In this document: positions 1 through 15,824 of the stretch, in pieces | Layout of the letters: every line of letters begins with the position of its first letter | Numbering within the stretch: position 1 is the first letter of the stretch | NCBI GenBank assembly: GCA_964016885.1 | Contig: CAXHJY010000884.1 | Span: 1-50,891, forward strand | Direction of reading: 5' to 3' | Origin: Eledone cirrhosa | Lineage: Eukaryota | Length of the DNA stretch: 50,891 nucleotides | Position numbers and translations under genes: made by a program | The notes under the pieces: model-generated | Seen by the model: only the letters and a program-made list of their open reading frames with translations | Databases searched by the model: none | What the model was told of the DNA's origin: nothing

Positions 1-42
1 AAGGAAAATTGCTGGAAAAAGCCCATCCAACCCAGGTGAAGT

Positions 43-350
43 CACATGGTTAGTGGCTAGAGCACTGGATTTACAATCACGAAGTTGTAGCTTCAATTTC
101 TGGATTGGGTGGTGCATTGTGTCTTTGAACAAGACACTTACTGTCGCTCAAGTTCACTCAGCTGGAAAGGAGTTGTGATGTTACTCGTGCCAAGCTGTAT
201 CGGCATTTGTCTCTCCCTTGAACAATTTTGGAGGCATGAAGAGGTGGGGCAGGCCTGGATGGACAAGTGATGGTCTTCCACAAAAACACCTTGCCAGGCT
301 TGTGCCTTGCAGGGGGGAACCTTCAAAGTGCAAAATGCTCTGGTCATTCA
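43..350 (+). mobile_element. tRNA-derived SINE, family B (CORE-like central domain), degenerate
   Basis: tRNA-like head with A box (TGGTTAGTGG) and decayed B box, followed by TTGTGTCTTTGAACAAGACACTT and GCTCAAGTTCACTCAGCTG; homologous to 16381-16620, 29290-29570 and 45645-45783. Confidence 0.7.
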
Positions 351-392
351 TAACCTATATGTGTTTTAAGAGCATCAATCACCAATGATACA

Positions 393-434
<42 letters not shown>

Positions 435-474
435 CGATATTAACAAATGGAAACTATATTTATAAAAGCATATT

Positions 475-536
475 TATTTTATTATACATATTTCAAGGAC
501 ACCACGTTAAATTATGGGCTTTCATCAGACAAAATA
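475..536 (-). ncRNA. Minimal type I hammerhead ribozyme motif (Penelope-like pLTR remnant)
   Basis: Minus strand reads TATTTTGT-CTGATGA-AAGCCCA..TGGTGTCCTT-GAAA-TATGTA-TA-ATAAAATA. Stem I is 8 bp, the core is intact, stem II is imperfect, stem III is short and quasi-palindromic, and the cleavage triplet is AUA. Confidence 0.72.
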
Positions 537-799
537 CAATATAGATCAGTTTTATAAATAAATATTGACATACCCTTAAAAAATGCAACCATTACTGTTG
601 GAAGCTCATATATATATGCAGAAAGTTCAGTACATATGTATATATAAGTTCACAGCATCTTTTTACATCTATTTTTGCATGGGTTGGATGGGTTCTTTTC
701 ACTAAAGCCCCCTCCATGTGGTAGTATTCCTTTGTCATCTCAAAATGCTGGGGTTCACCATTTTGAGATACACCCGGCCATTTATTTTCATGTTCCTAT

Positions 800-2696
<1,897 letters not shown>

Positions 2697-3250
2697 TGAA
2701 ACATGAAACTTGAAGCTCCTCAAAGGGCAATCACGAAAAAGATAGATGGCATGTCAGACCTTGACTACTGGGGTCGATTGGAAAACCTGAAACTTTACTC
2801 ACTCCAACGTCGCCGTGAGCGTTATATTATCTGCATGATGTGGAAAATGTTCCATCATCACTGCCCAAATGATGTTGGCATCGCCTTCAAGATACACCCA
2901 AGGCTTGGGCCCCGTGCTATCCGTCCCATTCAAAAATCTAAATCGCAACTCATAACAACAATACGGCACAATTATTTCACCTCAATCGGCCCTGCTCTCT
3001 TCAACATCACACCAGGACACGTCAAAACAGAAACTGACCACACAAAATTCAAGAAGTCTTTGGACAAATTCCTCCAAGTAATCCCGGACAAACCACCCAC
3101 ACCCGGATATGTCTCCGCAAACAGTAATTCTCTTCTCGAATGGGCCATGGTGCCCAAATCCTGAATTGAAAGACTTCGCCAGGTGGTGCTATTAAGTTAG
3201 ACATGGCCTGGGCCAATACTGGCCAAAACATTTCAAAGTTATTCAAAGTT
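2697..3250 (+). mobile_element. 5'-truncated CR1-group LINE: ORF2 C-terminus, 3' UTR and tail
   Basis: ORF 2703-3164 [46 protein letters not shown]...FKKSLDKFL matches the post-RT C-terminal pattern of CR1-type ORF2. The 3' UTR has a TGGCC..GGCCA stem-loop and ends in tandem TTCAAAGTTA x2. Confidence 0.88.
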
Positions 3251-5374
<2,124 letters not shown>

Positions 5375-5518
5375 GTATGTTCATGCACACAAATATATAC
5401 ATGTGTTCATGCACACAAATATATACATGTGTTCATGCACACAAATATATACATGTGTTCATGCACACAAATATATACATGTGTTCATGCACACAAATAT
5501 ATACATGTGTTCATGCAC
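5375..5518. repeat. 26-bp minisatellite (TGTTCATGCACACAAATATATACATG) x~5.5
   Basis: Near-perfect tandem copies. Confidence 0.95.
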
Positions 5519-5839
5519 CAACGCACATGCACACATCGTAGTCTATTTCCAAATAATTAAAACCAGCATCAGGTCTGTTCTCTGTAATTGTCTTACCAAA
5601 TAAAGATGGTGTTTATATGAATATGTGTGCAAAAAAAAGTGCATATCTATATACATGGCGATGCACACACTTAGGTGTGTGTATATATATATATATAACA
5701 CATACATATATATATGATGAGGATGATGATCATGGTATGTGTATATATATATATATGTATATATATGTGCGTGTATGTTTGTGGGGGGGGGTGTTTATGC
5801 ATTCGTGTATTTGCAGTACAAATAGCTACCATGATATAA

Positions 5840-5970
<131 letters not shown>

Positions 5971-6224
5971 AAGTTTATGAGGCAGCAGTGGTTTTGGTGT
6001 TAGCAGGTGTATGAAGATATCAACTTACCTATCAGACTAAATATACCGTCCTAAACATGTGTGTGTGGTTTAATTGAAAACTATACACTGACACCTGATG
6101 TGTTGATTACAGAAATAGACTAGACTATGTTATATATATTTAACGGCGTCCTGCTGTACAAAACTTGCCAAAGGAAAGGGTCAAGAGGACCCTTCAGTCA
6201 TATCATTACAACCTCTCTAGCGTT

Positions 6225-6400
6225 GACGCCATGATAAAATCACAACACTGTAAACTGGTTGGTGATAGGTAGGGCATCCAGCTGTAGAAAATCTGACAAA
6301 AGAAAGGATCAAATGGATCCTTTGGTTGTGTCAAAGACATGACAACCTCCCAAGTGTTAGTGCCATGATATGAAAGTGCTAGATGCCTTCAATGCACTCT
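6225..6400 (+). mobile_element. SINE fragment with GGTTGGTGATAGGTAGGGCATCCAGCTGTAGAAA domain
   Basis: The same domain occurs in reverse orientation at ~45545-45580. Confidence 0.5.
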
Positions 6401-6571
6401 GTAGAGTGCGAAAATGTATGAAAGTAAGGTGTGGCTCTCAACCTGTCTTAAGGGTCATTATTTCCAACTTAACATTGATTTGCTCAGCGATGACCACTCC
6501 AAAATTGCTAATTGCTACCAGGGAAAAGGATGTTAGTTGATAATGATAACACACAACACACACACACACAG

Positions 6572-6624
<53 letters not shown>

Positions 6625-6750
6625 CATAATTAGTTACAACAGTGACATATACAGGTACTTAAAGTTTTGTTGGCTTATATACCCCAACTCATTGAGCCTG
6701 TTATTGGACTGAGTGCTCTGACCCTTGGATATTTCTACGAAACTTATACT

Positions 6751-6791
<41 letters not shown>

Positions 6792-6826
6792 AAGGGGAAT
6801 TAAAAGATGGTTAAAAGAGTTCCATA

Positions 6827-6896
6827 TATTTTATTATGCACATTTCGAATACAAAATCATCCAGGGACAAAAATTGTGTTCTCATCAGATAAAATA
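6827..6896 (-). ncRNA. Minimal type I hammerhead ribozyme (inverted copy)
   Basis: Reverse complement of 6966-7035; core and stems intact. Confidence 0.82.
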
Positions 6897-6965
6897 CGGT
6901 AACATGATATGAGGCATAATAGCACCCTGTAAACAAGTACTATTATGCCTCATATCATGTTACCT

Positions 6966-7035
6966 TATTTTATCTGATGAGAACACAATTTTTGTCCCAG
7001 GATGATTTTGTATTCGAAATGTGCATAATAAAATA
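6966..7035 (+). ncRNA. Minimal type I hammerhead ribozyme
   Basis: Stem I TATTTTAT(6966-6973)/ATAAAATA(7028-7035); CTGATGA 6974-6980; stem II GAACACAA..TTGTATTC; GAAA 7016-7019; stem III A-T-[GTGC]-A-T; predicted cleavage after AUA (7027). Confidence 0.85.
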
Positions 7036-7157
7036 TATGGAACTCTTTTAACCATCTTTTAATTCCCCTTTATTATATATACTCCAGTTCTACCAACTGT
7101 TGAGTGCTACTTTTCTGATATATGCATAGTTTTAGTGTTCTACAATATTACTCACCT

Positions 7158-7217
<60 letters not shown>

Positions 7218-7479
7218 AAGTGAAATGTAAAACATTTGACAATGATGACCATGAACCTCATCATTATATAGATAGATGGCAATACTCGTAATGGTGATGG
7301 TGATGATGATGATGACTTACTCAACAGGTAATCGTTACTATGTATGTGTTGTATATATGTTTGTATGTTAGTGTATGTATGTAATTATATATGTATATGA
7401 CTATATCTGTCTGAATGAGTGTGTGTATGTAAGTGTGTGTAGTTGTATCTTTGCATATGTGTATAGGGTATCGGTATGT

Positions 7480-7669
7480 CTGTATGTGAGTATATACATG
7501 TATGTATGTGTATATGTATTTTTGTTTATGTTTGTATAGTGTGTGTGAGTGTGACAGACAAAGAGAGTAAGTATGTTGATGTGTTTCTCTCCATGCCTGT
7601 CCTTGTGTGTGTGTGTGTGTGTGTGAGAGAGAGCATGTGTATATGTGTTTCTCTCCTTGCCTGTATGTA

Positions 7670-7703
<34 letters not shown>

Positions 7704-7735
7704 CATGTGTATATGTGTTTCTCTCCTTGCCTGTA

Positions 7736-7772
<37 letters not shown>

Positions 7773-7855
7773 GCATGTGCATGTGTATCTCTCCTTGCAT
7801 GTATGCGTGTGCGTATGTGAGCGAGAGAGAGCATGTGTATGTGTTTCTCTCCTTG

Positions 7856-7897
<42 letters not shown>

Positions 7898-8650
7898 AGC
7901 ATGTGTATATGTGTTTCTCTCCTTGCCTGTCTGTATGTAGGAGTGTGAGAGCATGTGTATATGTATTTCTCTGTGTGTGTGGGTATGTGTAAGCATGTAT
8001 GTGTGTTTCTCTCTGTGTCAGTCTGTATGTCTGTGAGAGAGAGAGAGAGAGAATGTATGTGTGTATATGTGTTTCTTTCTGTGTGCCAGTCTGTATGTTC
8101 TTGTGTGTGAGCATGTATGTGTATATATATATATTTCTCTCCATGCTTCTCTGTGTGTGTGTGAGGCATGTATGTGTGTATGTTTCTCTCTCTCTGCCTG
8201 TCTGTATGTGTATGTGTGTGTGTGAGAGCATGCATGTGTATATATATATATGTTTCTCTCTCTGTGTGTCAGTCTGTGTATATGTACTGTAGTGTGTGTG
8301 TGTAATGTAGTGTGTGTGTGTAGTGTAATGTAATGTAATGTAGTGTGTGTGTAATGTAGTGTAGTGTGTGTGTGTAATGTAGTGTGTGTGTAATGTAGTG
8401 TAGTGTGTGTGTGTAATGTAGTGTAGTGTGTGTATAATGTAGTGTAGTGTAGTGTGTGTGTAATGTAATGTAGTGTGTGTGTAGTGTAATGTAGTGTAGT
8501 GTGTGTGTGTGTGTAATGTAGTGTAGTATGTATATGTGTGTGTGTAATGTAATGTGTGTGTAGTGTGTGTGGAGTGTAATGTAATGTGTGTGTAGTGTGT
8601 GTGTGTGGAGTGTAATGTAATGTGTGTGTAGTGTGTGTGTGTGTGTGTGG
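7480..8650. repeat. Composite low-complexity array: GAGAGCATGTGTATATGTGTTTCTCTCCTTGCCTG(TG)n units, then GTAGT/GTAAT+(GT)n
   Basis: Recurrent fixed unit with variable dinucleotide tracts. Confidence 0.88.
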
Positions 8651-8742
8651 AGTGGTACAAGAATATCGATTGCTTTTCCACATCACACTTCCTTTCACCT
8701 GAAACACAGGTCTTTTGTTTCTAGGGCAGGATAAGAATAACA

Positions 8743-9096
8743 CTCACCACCACCACCACCACCAGCATCATTACCACCACCATCGTCAACTGCTGCTACC
8801 ACCACCACCACCATCATCAACTGCTACTACCACCACCACCACCACCATCATCAACTGCTACTACCACCACCACCACCATCATCGTCAACTGCTGCTACCA
8901 CCACCACCACCACCATCAACTGCTACTACCACCACCACCACCGTCATTACCAGCATGATCATCAACTGTTGCTACCACCACTATCATCACCATCACCATC
9001 AATTGCTACTACCAATACCACCACCAACAACAACAACAACCACCACTACCACCACCACCATCACCATCACCTGCTACTACCACCACCACCACCACT
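8743..9096. repeat. (CAC)n-based minisatellite with CATCAACTGCTACTAC spacer
   Basis: About 7 units visible. Confidence 0.88.
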
Positions 9097-9334
9097 GATT
9101 GCCCCAAACTAATTAATTATTCTCAATCTAATAACAACACCAAGTCCCACAGAGAAACAAGGTCATTATCATGATTATCCCCCTCCTCCTCTTCCTCATC
9201 ATCATCATCACCATCATCATCGTAACAGCATCGGTACCACCATCTTGATCACCAAGCATAGATCTTTGGTCATTGATTGAAAACAAGGAGGGAAGGAGGA
9301 GACGGAGAGAGAGAGAGGGGGGGGGGAGATAAAA

Positions 9335-9428
9335 AGAGAGTGTGTGTGTTGGAGGTTGAGGAAGTAGAGAGAGAGAGAGAGAGAGAGACGGAGTGAGAGA
9401 GAGAGAGTGTGTGTGTCGGAGGTTGAGG

Positions 9429-9466
<38 letters not shown>

Positions 9467-9510
9467 GGAGTGAGAGAGAGAGTGTGTGTGTCGGAGGTTG
9501 AGGAAGTAAA
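9335..9510. repeat. Triplicated GTGTGTCGGAGGTTGAGGAAGTA(GA)n unit
   Basis: Three copies separated by variable (GA)n. Confidence 0.85.
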
Positions 9511-9557
9511 GGACAGAGAGAGAATGGGATGGAGGAGAAAGGGGAGGAACTAAGGAG

Positions 9558-9600
<43 letters not shown>

Positions 9601-9924
9601 GAGAGAGAGAGAGAGCGAGAGAGAGAGAGAATGAGAGTGAGAGTGGTTGAAAGGAGGAGAATTAAGGGGAAAGAGAGAGAATAAGAAATGTGTTAAATGA
9701 AAGACCATAAACAAATAAATAAATATAAAGAAGAGAGAGGAGGGCATGAGTGGAATGGGAGAGCAAGTGGAGCGGAAAAGAGTTGCTTCAAATGATGTCC
9801 ATGTTGTTATGTTGTTGTTGTTATTATAGAAATCTTTATTATATATTTAATTAATGCTGTTGATGTTCACCTCTTTTAGTCACAACAGTAACAGTAACAA
9901 CAGCTGCAACAACAACAACAACGG

Positions 9925-10125
9925 TTTCTGATATAGGCACAAGGCCAGCAATTTTGGTAGAGGGGAAAGTCGATTAAATCGACCCCAGTGTGTTACTGGT
10001 ACTTTAATTTATAGACCCTGTATGCATGAAAAGCAAAGCTAACCTAGGCGGGATTTGAACTCAGAACGTCGTACAGGGCCATAACTCTGTGCTGACGTTC
10101 TACCAATACTGCCAATCCACCACCC
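9925..10125 (-). mobile_element. tRNA-derived SINE, family A
   Basis: Minus strand: GGTGGTGGATTGGCAGTATTGG (A box), GAGTTCAAATCC (B box), then GCTTTTCAT..TAAAGTACCAGT..CACTGGGGTCGATTTAATCGAC..CCTTGTGCC; sits in an (AAC)n tract. Confidence 0.88.
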
Positions 10126-10387
10126 AATGTAGAACCACAATAATAACACCAATAACTATAACAACAGTAACAACTGCAACAACGATGACGACGATGACAT
10201 CTAGAAGAACAATGACAACAAGCATCGATTAACAACAACAACATCAATGATTATGAGGAATCTGATGAGGTTTGTCATGGAATGTCTCCTCCTCCCCACC
10301 CTCATCTTACTCTCCTCTATGTCTTCTTTTTCTTCAAATCTTATCCACCTCCCCCTATTAAACCAAAGAAGAAAGGTTGTACGGCTG

Positions 10388-10730
10388 TGTGGTGGTGTAA
10401 TGGTGATGGTGAGGTGGTGAGGTGGTGAGGGTGGTGTGATGGTGTGATGGTGAGGTGTGGTGGTGTGGTGAGGTGGTGAGGTGGTCAGGTGGTGTGGTGG
10501 TGTGATGGTGAGGTGGTCAGGTGGTGTGGTGATGTAGTGGTGTGGTTGTGAGGCAATGTATTTGTGTAGTGGCGAGATAGTGAGGCTGTGTAGTGGTGAT
10601 GCAGTGTGGTAGTGTAGTGGCGAGCAGTGTGGTGGTGTGGTTGTTTAGTGGTGTGGTTATGTAGTGGTGAAGTATTGTAGTGATGAGGTGGTGTGGTTGT
10701 GTAGTGGTGAAGTAGTGAGGTTGTGAGGTA
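10388..10730. repeat. GTGGT/GTGAG-type degenerate simple repeat
   Basis: Directly visible. Confidence 0.85.
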
Positions 10731-10817
10731 AAGAGGCAAGGTGAAAAATAAATAGGCTGTGGGCATGGTGAGCAGTTCAAAACTTAAGTAAGTCAACAGT
10801 TATATTAAACGTATTGT

Positions 10818-10992
10818 TGTGTATGGGAACATATTGTGGTGTGTGTGGTGTGTGGGAACATATTGTGGTGTGTGTGGTGTGTGGGAACATATTGTGGTGT
10901 GTGTAGTGTGTGGGAACATATTGTGGTGTGTGTGGTGTGTGGGAACATATTGTGGTGTGTGTAGTGTGTGGGAACATATTGTGGTGTGTGTG
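10818..10992. repeat. 29-bp minisatellite (GGGAACATATTGTGGTGTGTGTRGTGTGT) x6
   Basis: Near-perfect tandem copies. Confidence 0.95.
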
Positions 10993-11130
10993 TGAGAGAG
11001 AGAGAGAGAGGGGGGGGGGGAGAGGGAGAGAGAGAGATCATTGAAAGAGTGAGAATGACTGAAAGTATAAAAGAATGAATGAGAGAAAGGGAAGCGAAAA
11101 ACCACATCAAAAATAAAGGATACATTCAAT

Positions 11131-11870
11131 AATGTATTCCCAGATATACATAGACATACATCGTGTCTTAAAGACATGATGGTTACAACTAAAACGTCTT
11201 TGCTATACATAAAAAAACCCCACATACGATAATGTAGTCCGAGATACACATAAACATGCATCTATACTGTCTTAATAAAGACGAGAACTGAATAGATGAA
11301 ATGTCTTTGCTAGACAGAAAAAAGGACAAATTCGCTAACGTAGTCCTCGATACACATAGACATAATAGTCGCAGCTGAAACATATTTGCTACACTATCCT
11401 TGTGGTTGGGTTCACCAAGCTCTAGTGCAGTAATGCGTTTGAGTTAAATCATGCAGCTATGTCACCAATGGACAGATTCGCAAACGTAGTCCTAGATACA
11501 CAGAGAAATGATGGTTGCAGCTGAAACATATTTTCTACACACAAAAGGAGACATTCGATAATGTAATCTTAGATACACATAGACATATACTGATTTTATA
11601 AACCTGGAAGGTTCCAGTTAAAACGTTTTTGACTCAAAATAGGACATATTCTATAATGCAGTCGTCGATACACATACAGTCTTTGAGATAGGATCACTGT
11701 AGCTAAAATGACTTTGCTAGACACAAAAAGAGAACATTTGATAATGTAGTCTTAGATACATATCGACATATATTGCGTTAATAAATAATAGAATAATTAC
11801 AGCTAAAATGACTTTGCTAGACACACACACAAGAAAAAAGACACGTTAATAATAGTCCTCGATACACACC
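11131..11870. repeat. Old degenerate tandem repeat, ~80-105-bp units x~8
   Basis: Recurrent AAYGTAGTCCTMGATACACATAGACAT followed by GCTAAAAYGWCTTTGCTAGACAC at irregular spacing. Confidence 0.78.
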
Positions 11871-12096
11871 AAGGTACACATACATACATTATGACTTCGC
11901 AGAGACAAGTATTGTCTTTGATCAAAAAGATCTGTTAAATCAAGGCTGAACTCTGACTAGTTCAACATCAATGGCTTGAGCATGCGTGCGCATGCATTCA
12001 CGTGTACATAGACGGAAACATGCTCACACACACAGATTCTCACTGTGTGTCTCATATGTGAAATGGAACAGTTTCAGTAGTACTGGACAAAGCAAC

Positions 12097-12133
<37 letters not shown>

Positions 12134-12280
12134 CAGCAGCACCAGCAGGAGTAATAAATGACACGAGCGCTTTCTCAAAGACAAATAAATGGAGGTCCTT
12201 TTAATTTAAAGAAAGAGATCTTTGAAGAAGATGAAAAACGAAGGACGGAACAAAGAGAGAGGAAGAAATGTAATAATATT

Positions 12281-14051
12281 TGTTTCTACTTTCGGCACAA
12301 TTTGAAATGAATGGGGAAATTCAATTAAATCGAACCAGTGTATTACTGGTACTTTATTTTATCGAACCTGTAAGGATGAAAGGTGTAGCTAATTTCGATG
12401 AGATTTGAACTCAGAACGTAAAGGGCCGTGACTCCAAGCCACTAAGCATGTTGTCCGACGCTCTACCGATTCTGCCAAGGTAATAATAATTGTTTCTACA
12501 TTTGACACAAGGCCAAGGAATGGGAAATTCGATTAAATCGACTCCAGTGCGTTACTGGTATTTTATTTTATTGACCTCGTAAGGCTGAAAGGCAAAGTTA
12601 ACCTGGGCAGGATTTGAACTCAGAAGGTAAAGGGCCATAATTATATTTCGCAAAACATCCAATCCACCACCCTAAATATTTTATATTTTTTGGCACAAGG
12701 CCAGCAATTTTTCGAGAGTGAGAAATCATTTATAGCGACCCCAGTACTTGATTGGTATTTCATTTTATCGACCCTGGAAAGCTAAAGTTGATCTCAGCGT
12801 GACTCATAATAATTTATAATTTAGGTAGAAAACCAATAATTTTTATACAAGCGGGTTGAGGGGGGGGGGGGGGGGGGGCATCTTCCTGCCCCCAAAATTG
12901 TTTTACCTTCTTCAGCGCCCAAGTAAGGGGCCTCATAAGTTAACTAGCAGAGTGCCTCATTTGTCCTAAATCCGGCACTGTACAAACCCAACAATTTGAG
13001 AGAAAAAAGCCGATTATATTGACCCCAGTACTTTATCAATTGCGGAAGGCTGAAAGACAAAGTTGACTTTGGTAGGATTCTAACTAAAACATTGTAAATA
13101 GTAACTAACTAAATAACAGAAGTCATTTTGTCTGACACTTTAACGGTTTTAACAACTTTTAGAGAATAATTGTTTCTACTTTTGGCACAAGGCCAGCAAA
13201 TACCCAGTACATTACTGGTACTTTATTTTATCGACCCCGTATGGATGAAAGGCAAAGTTTAGAGAATAATGCCAGCAATTTTTAGGGAGGGAAAGTCAAT
13301 TATATCGACCCCGTTAAGATAAAAGGCAAAGCTAACCTTGGCTAGATTTGAACTCAGAATATAAGTTACCATAACTCTATGCCGCAAAGCATGTTATCCG
13401 ACGCTCTACCGATACTGCAGTAAAAAATTATAAAGACAGCAACATTCTAACACAAGACATATAATTGTTTCTACTTTTGGCACAAGGCCAGCAATTACCC
13501 AGTACATTACTGGTACTTTATTTTATCGACCCCATAAGGATGAAAGGCAAAGTTAGCCTCGGCGGGATTTGAACTCAGACCAGAAAGGGCCGTAACTCTT
13601 TGCTGCAAAGCATGGCGTCTGACGCTCTACCGATACAGCCAATCCACACAAGACATATAATGATGATGATAATAATTGGTTCTACTTTTGGCACAAGGCC
13701 AGCAATTATCCCAGTGCATTACTGGTACTTTATTTTATCGACCCTGTAAGGATGAAAGGCAAAGTTAATCTCGGTGGGATTTGAACTCAGACCCAAAAGG
13801 GCCGCAATTCTATGCTAAAAAAACATGGCCTCCGACTCTCTACATATAGATTTCTGATGTAGGCACAAGGCCAACAATTTTGGGGAAGGGGAAAGTCAAT
13901 TAAATCAACCCAGTGTATTACTGGTACTTTATTTTATCGACCCCTTAAGGATAAAAGGCAAAGTTAATCTCGGTGGGATTTGAACTTAGAACGTAAGGAA
14001 CCGTAACTATATGTTGCAAATTAAGTTTTCAGACGCTCTACTGATATTGCA
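12281..14051 (-). mobile_element. Cluster of ~9 co-oriented family A SINE copies/fragments
   Basis: Copies start (+ coordinates) near 12281, 12490, 12690, 12981, 13170, 13270, 13465, 13678 and 13850, most with TTTCTACTTTTGGCACAAGGCCAGCAA / TACTGGTACTTTATTTTATCGACC / GATTTGAACTCAG. Confidence 0.9.
12851..12980. mobile_element. Possible hAT-type non-autonomous DNA transposon end
   Basis: Ends in TAAATCCGGCACTG (rc CAGTGCCGGATTTA), resembling hAT/Tip100-type TIRs; no matching second TIR seen. Confidence 0.35.
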
Positions 14052-14599
14052 ATAATAAATTATAATTTATCGACCCTAAAAGGCTGAGAGTCAGCAATAT
14101 TCAAACACAAGATGAATGATGATGGCAATAATAACAAAAATAACAACGATGATGATGATAATGATGACGATAACAGCAGTAACAACAGTAATAATAATGG
14201 ATAAATAAACATTTAAACCATTAACACCAAATGATAATAAAAATGAATTGCCGACTTGCGTCATAAGACAAAGTTTTACTTTTAAAATTTCTTTTTACTT
14301 TTAAAATTTCTGAGACAGGAAGGAAAGAGAGAAAGAAAAGAGAGAAAGAAAGGAGAGAAAGAACGGAGGGAAAGAAAGAAAGGAGAGAAAGAAAGGAGAG
14401 AAAGAAAGGAGGGAAAGAAAGGGGGGGGGGGAGAAAGGAGAGGAAGAAAGGAGAGGAAGGACAAAAATAAAGAAGAAAGTAAGAAAAAAAAATTTATATA
14501 TACACACACAATATATGTAATTGCCTCAAATGAAAACCTAAATTTGTCAAATAAGTTTTTAATTAGTGATGACAGAGTAGAAATTGGAATTCGATATCA

Positions 14600-14748
14600 C
14601 ACTCACACACACACGCATGTGCAAACATATATACAGATGCACAGATACACACACATATACAAAAATGCACATAGATACATATAGGCTCACCCCTACGTAA
14701 TGACACACTCAGGCACTTCCAAATATGCATACAAACTCACACACACAT

Positions 14749-14779
<31 letters not shown>

Positions 14780-15235
14780 CACACACACACACGCTCTCTC
14801 TCTTTCACTCTCACACACAGACACACACATACACATGTGTAAACATATATACAGGTACATACATACATAGATGCACATAGATACATATAGGCTCACCCCC
14901 ACATAATGTCGCACTCAGGCACTTTCAAACACACATATACACACACACTCTCTCTCTATCTCTCACACACAGATATACACACACTCTCTATCTTTCTCTC
15001 TCTCACACACACATACATACACTCTCGCTATCTTTCTCTCTCTCACACATACACACACACATATACACACACACATACATACACTAGTTATCTTTTTCTC
15101 TCCCCCCCTCTCTCTCTCACATACACACATATACACTCTCTCTTGCTCTCTTTCTCTCTCACACATATACACACACACACTCTCTCTCATACACACACTC
15201 TCTCTCATACACACACACACACACACACACACATG
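14600..15235. repeat. (CA)/(CT) composite with a duplicated ~55-bp unit (14667-14720 / 14872-14926)
   Basis: GCACATAGATACATATAGGCTCACCCC..AATG..CACTCAGGCACTT occurs twice. Confidence 0.8.
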
Positions 15236-15514
15236 CAGCATTAATTTCAAGTGAGACAATTTTAAATAAGACTTATCATAATTAAGGAGATAAAATTCAC
15301 TAAATTAACAATTGTTAATGAATGGAATAAAAAATAAAAATAGAAAAGAAAATTTCTTTTTTTTTAATTAGTAAAAAAAAATAGAAATGACAAAAAACAC
15401 TTAAAAATGACGAAGATGTATTTATTTTATTTTATTTTAATTTTTATTTTGTGCTATTTAATTTTTTTCTTCAAATGTACATTATCAATAAATTAGATAT
15501 CATGGTGAAAATTA

Positions 15515-15780
15515 AGATAGATAGCTAGATGTGTAGATGGTTGGGTGGTGGATAGATAGATGTGTAGATGGTTGGGTGGTTGGGTGGTGGATAGCTAGAT
15601 GTGTGGATGGTTGGGTGGTTGGATAGATAGATAGATAGATAGATGTGTGGATGGTTGGGTGGTTGGATAGATAGATAGTTAGATGTGTGGATGGTTGGGC
15701 TGATAGACGGGAATGATGAATAGACAGATAGGTGGGTTTGGATCAATGGATGAGGAGATAGATAGATAGATAAATAGACG
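15515..15780. repeat. (GATA)n/(GGTTG)n composite repeat
   Basis: Directly visible. Confidence 0.88.
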
Positions 15781-15824
15781 ACTGTATGAAGAAATAGGTA
15801 GACAAAGATAGAGAGATTAAATCC

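Larger units (their letters stand above)
6781..7160 (+). mobile_element. Penelope-like pseudo-LTR derivative with 142-bp inverted duplication
   Basis: Arms 6781-6922 / 6940-7081 (2 mismatches, 17-nt spacer), with a hammerhead in each arm and TTGAGTGCT at 7100-7108; flanked by (TA)n on both sides. Confidence 0.75.

Noticed and set aside
737-769. 11-bp hairpin ATCTCAAAATG/CATTTTGAGAT
   Set aside because: No flanking hammerhead core or other context; may be chance or a decayed stem.
10262-10290. Other CTGANGA matches (10262 +, 12909 -, 18660 -, 20913 -, 28137 -, 28654 +, 42430 -) as hammerheads
   Set aside because: No downstream stem II + GAAA + stem I complement could be built.
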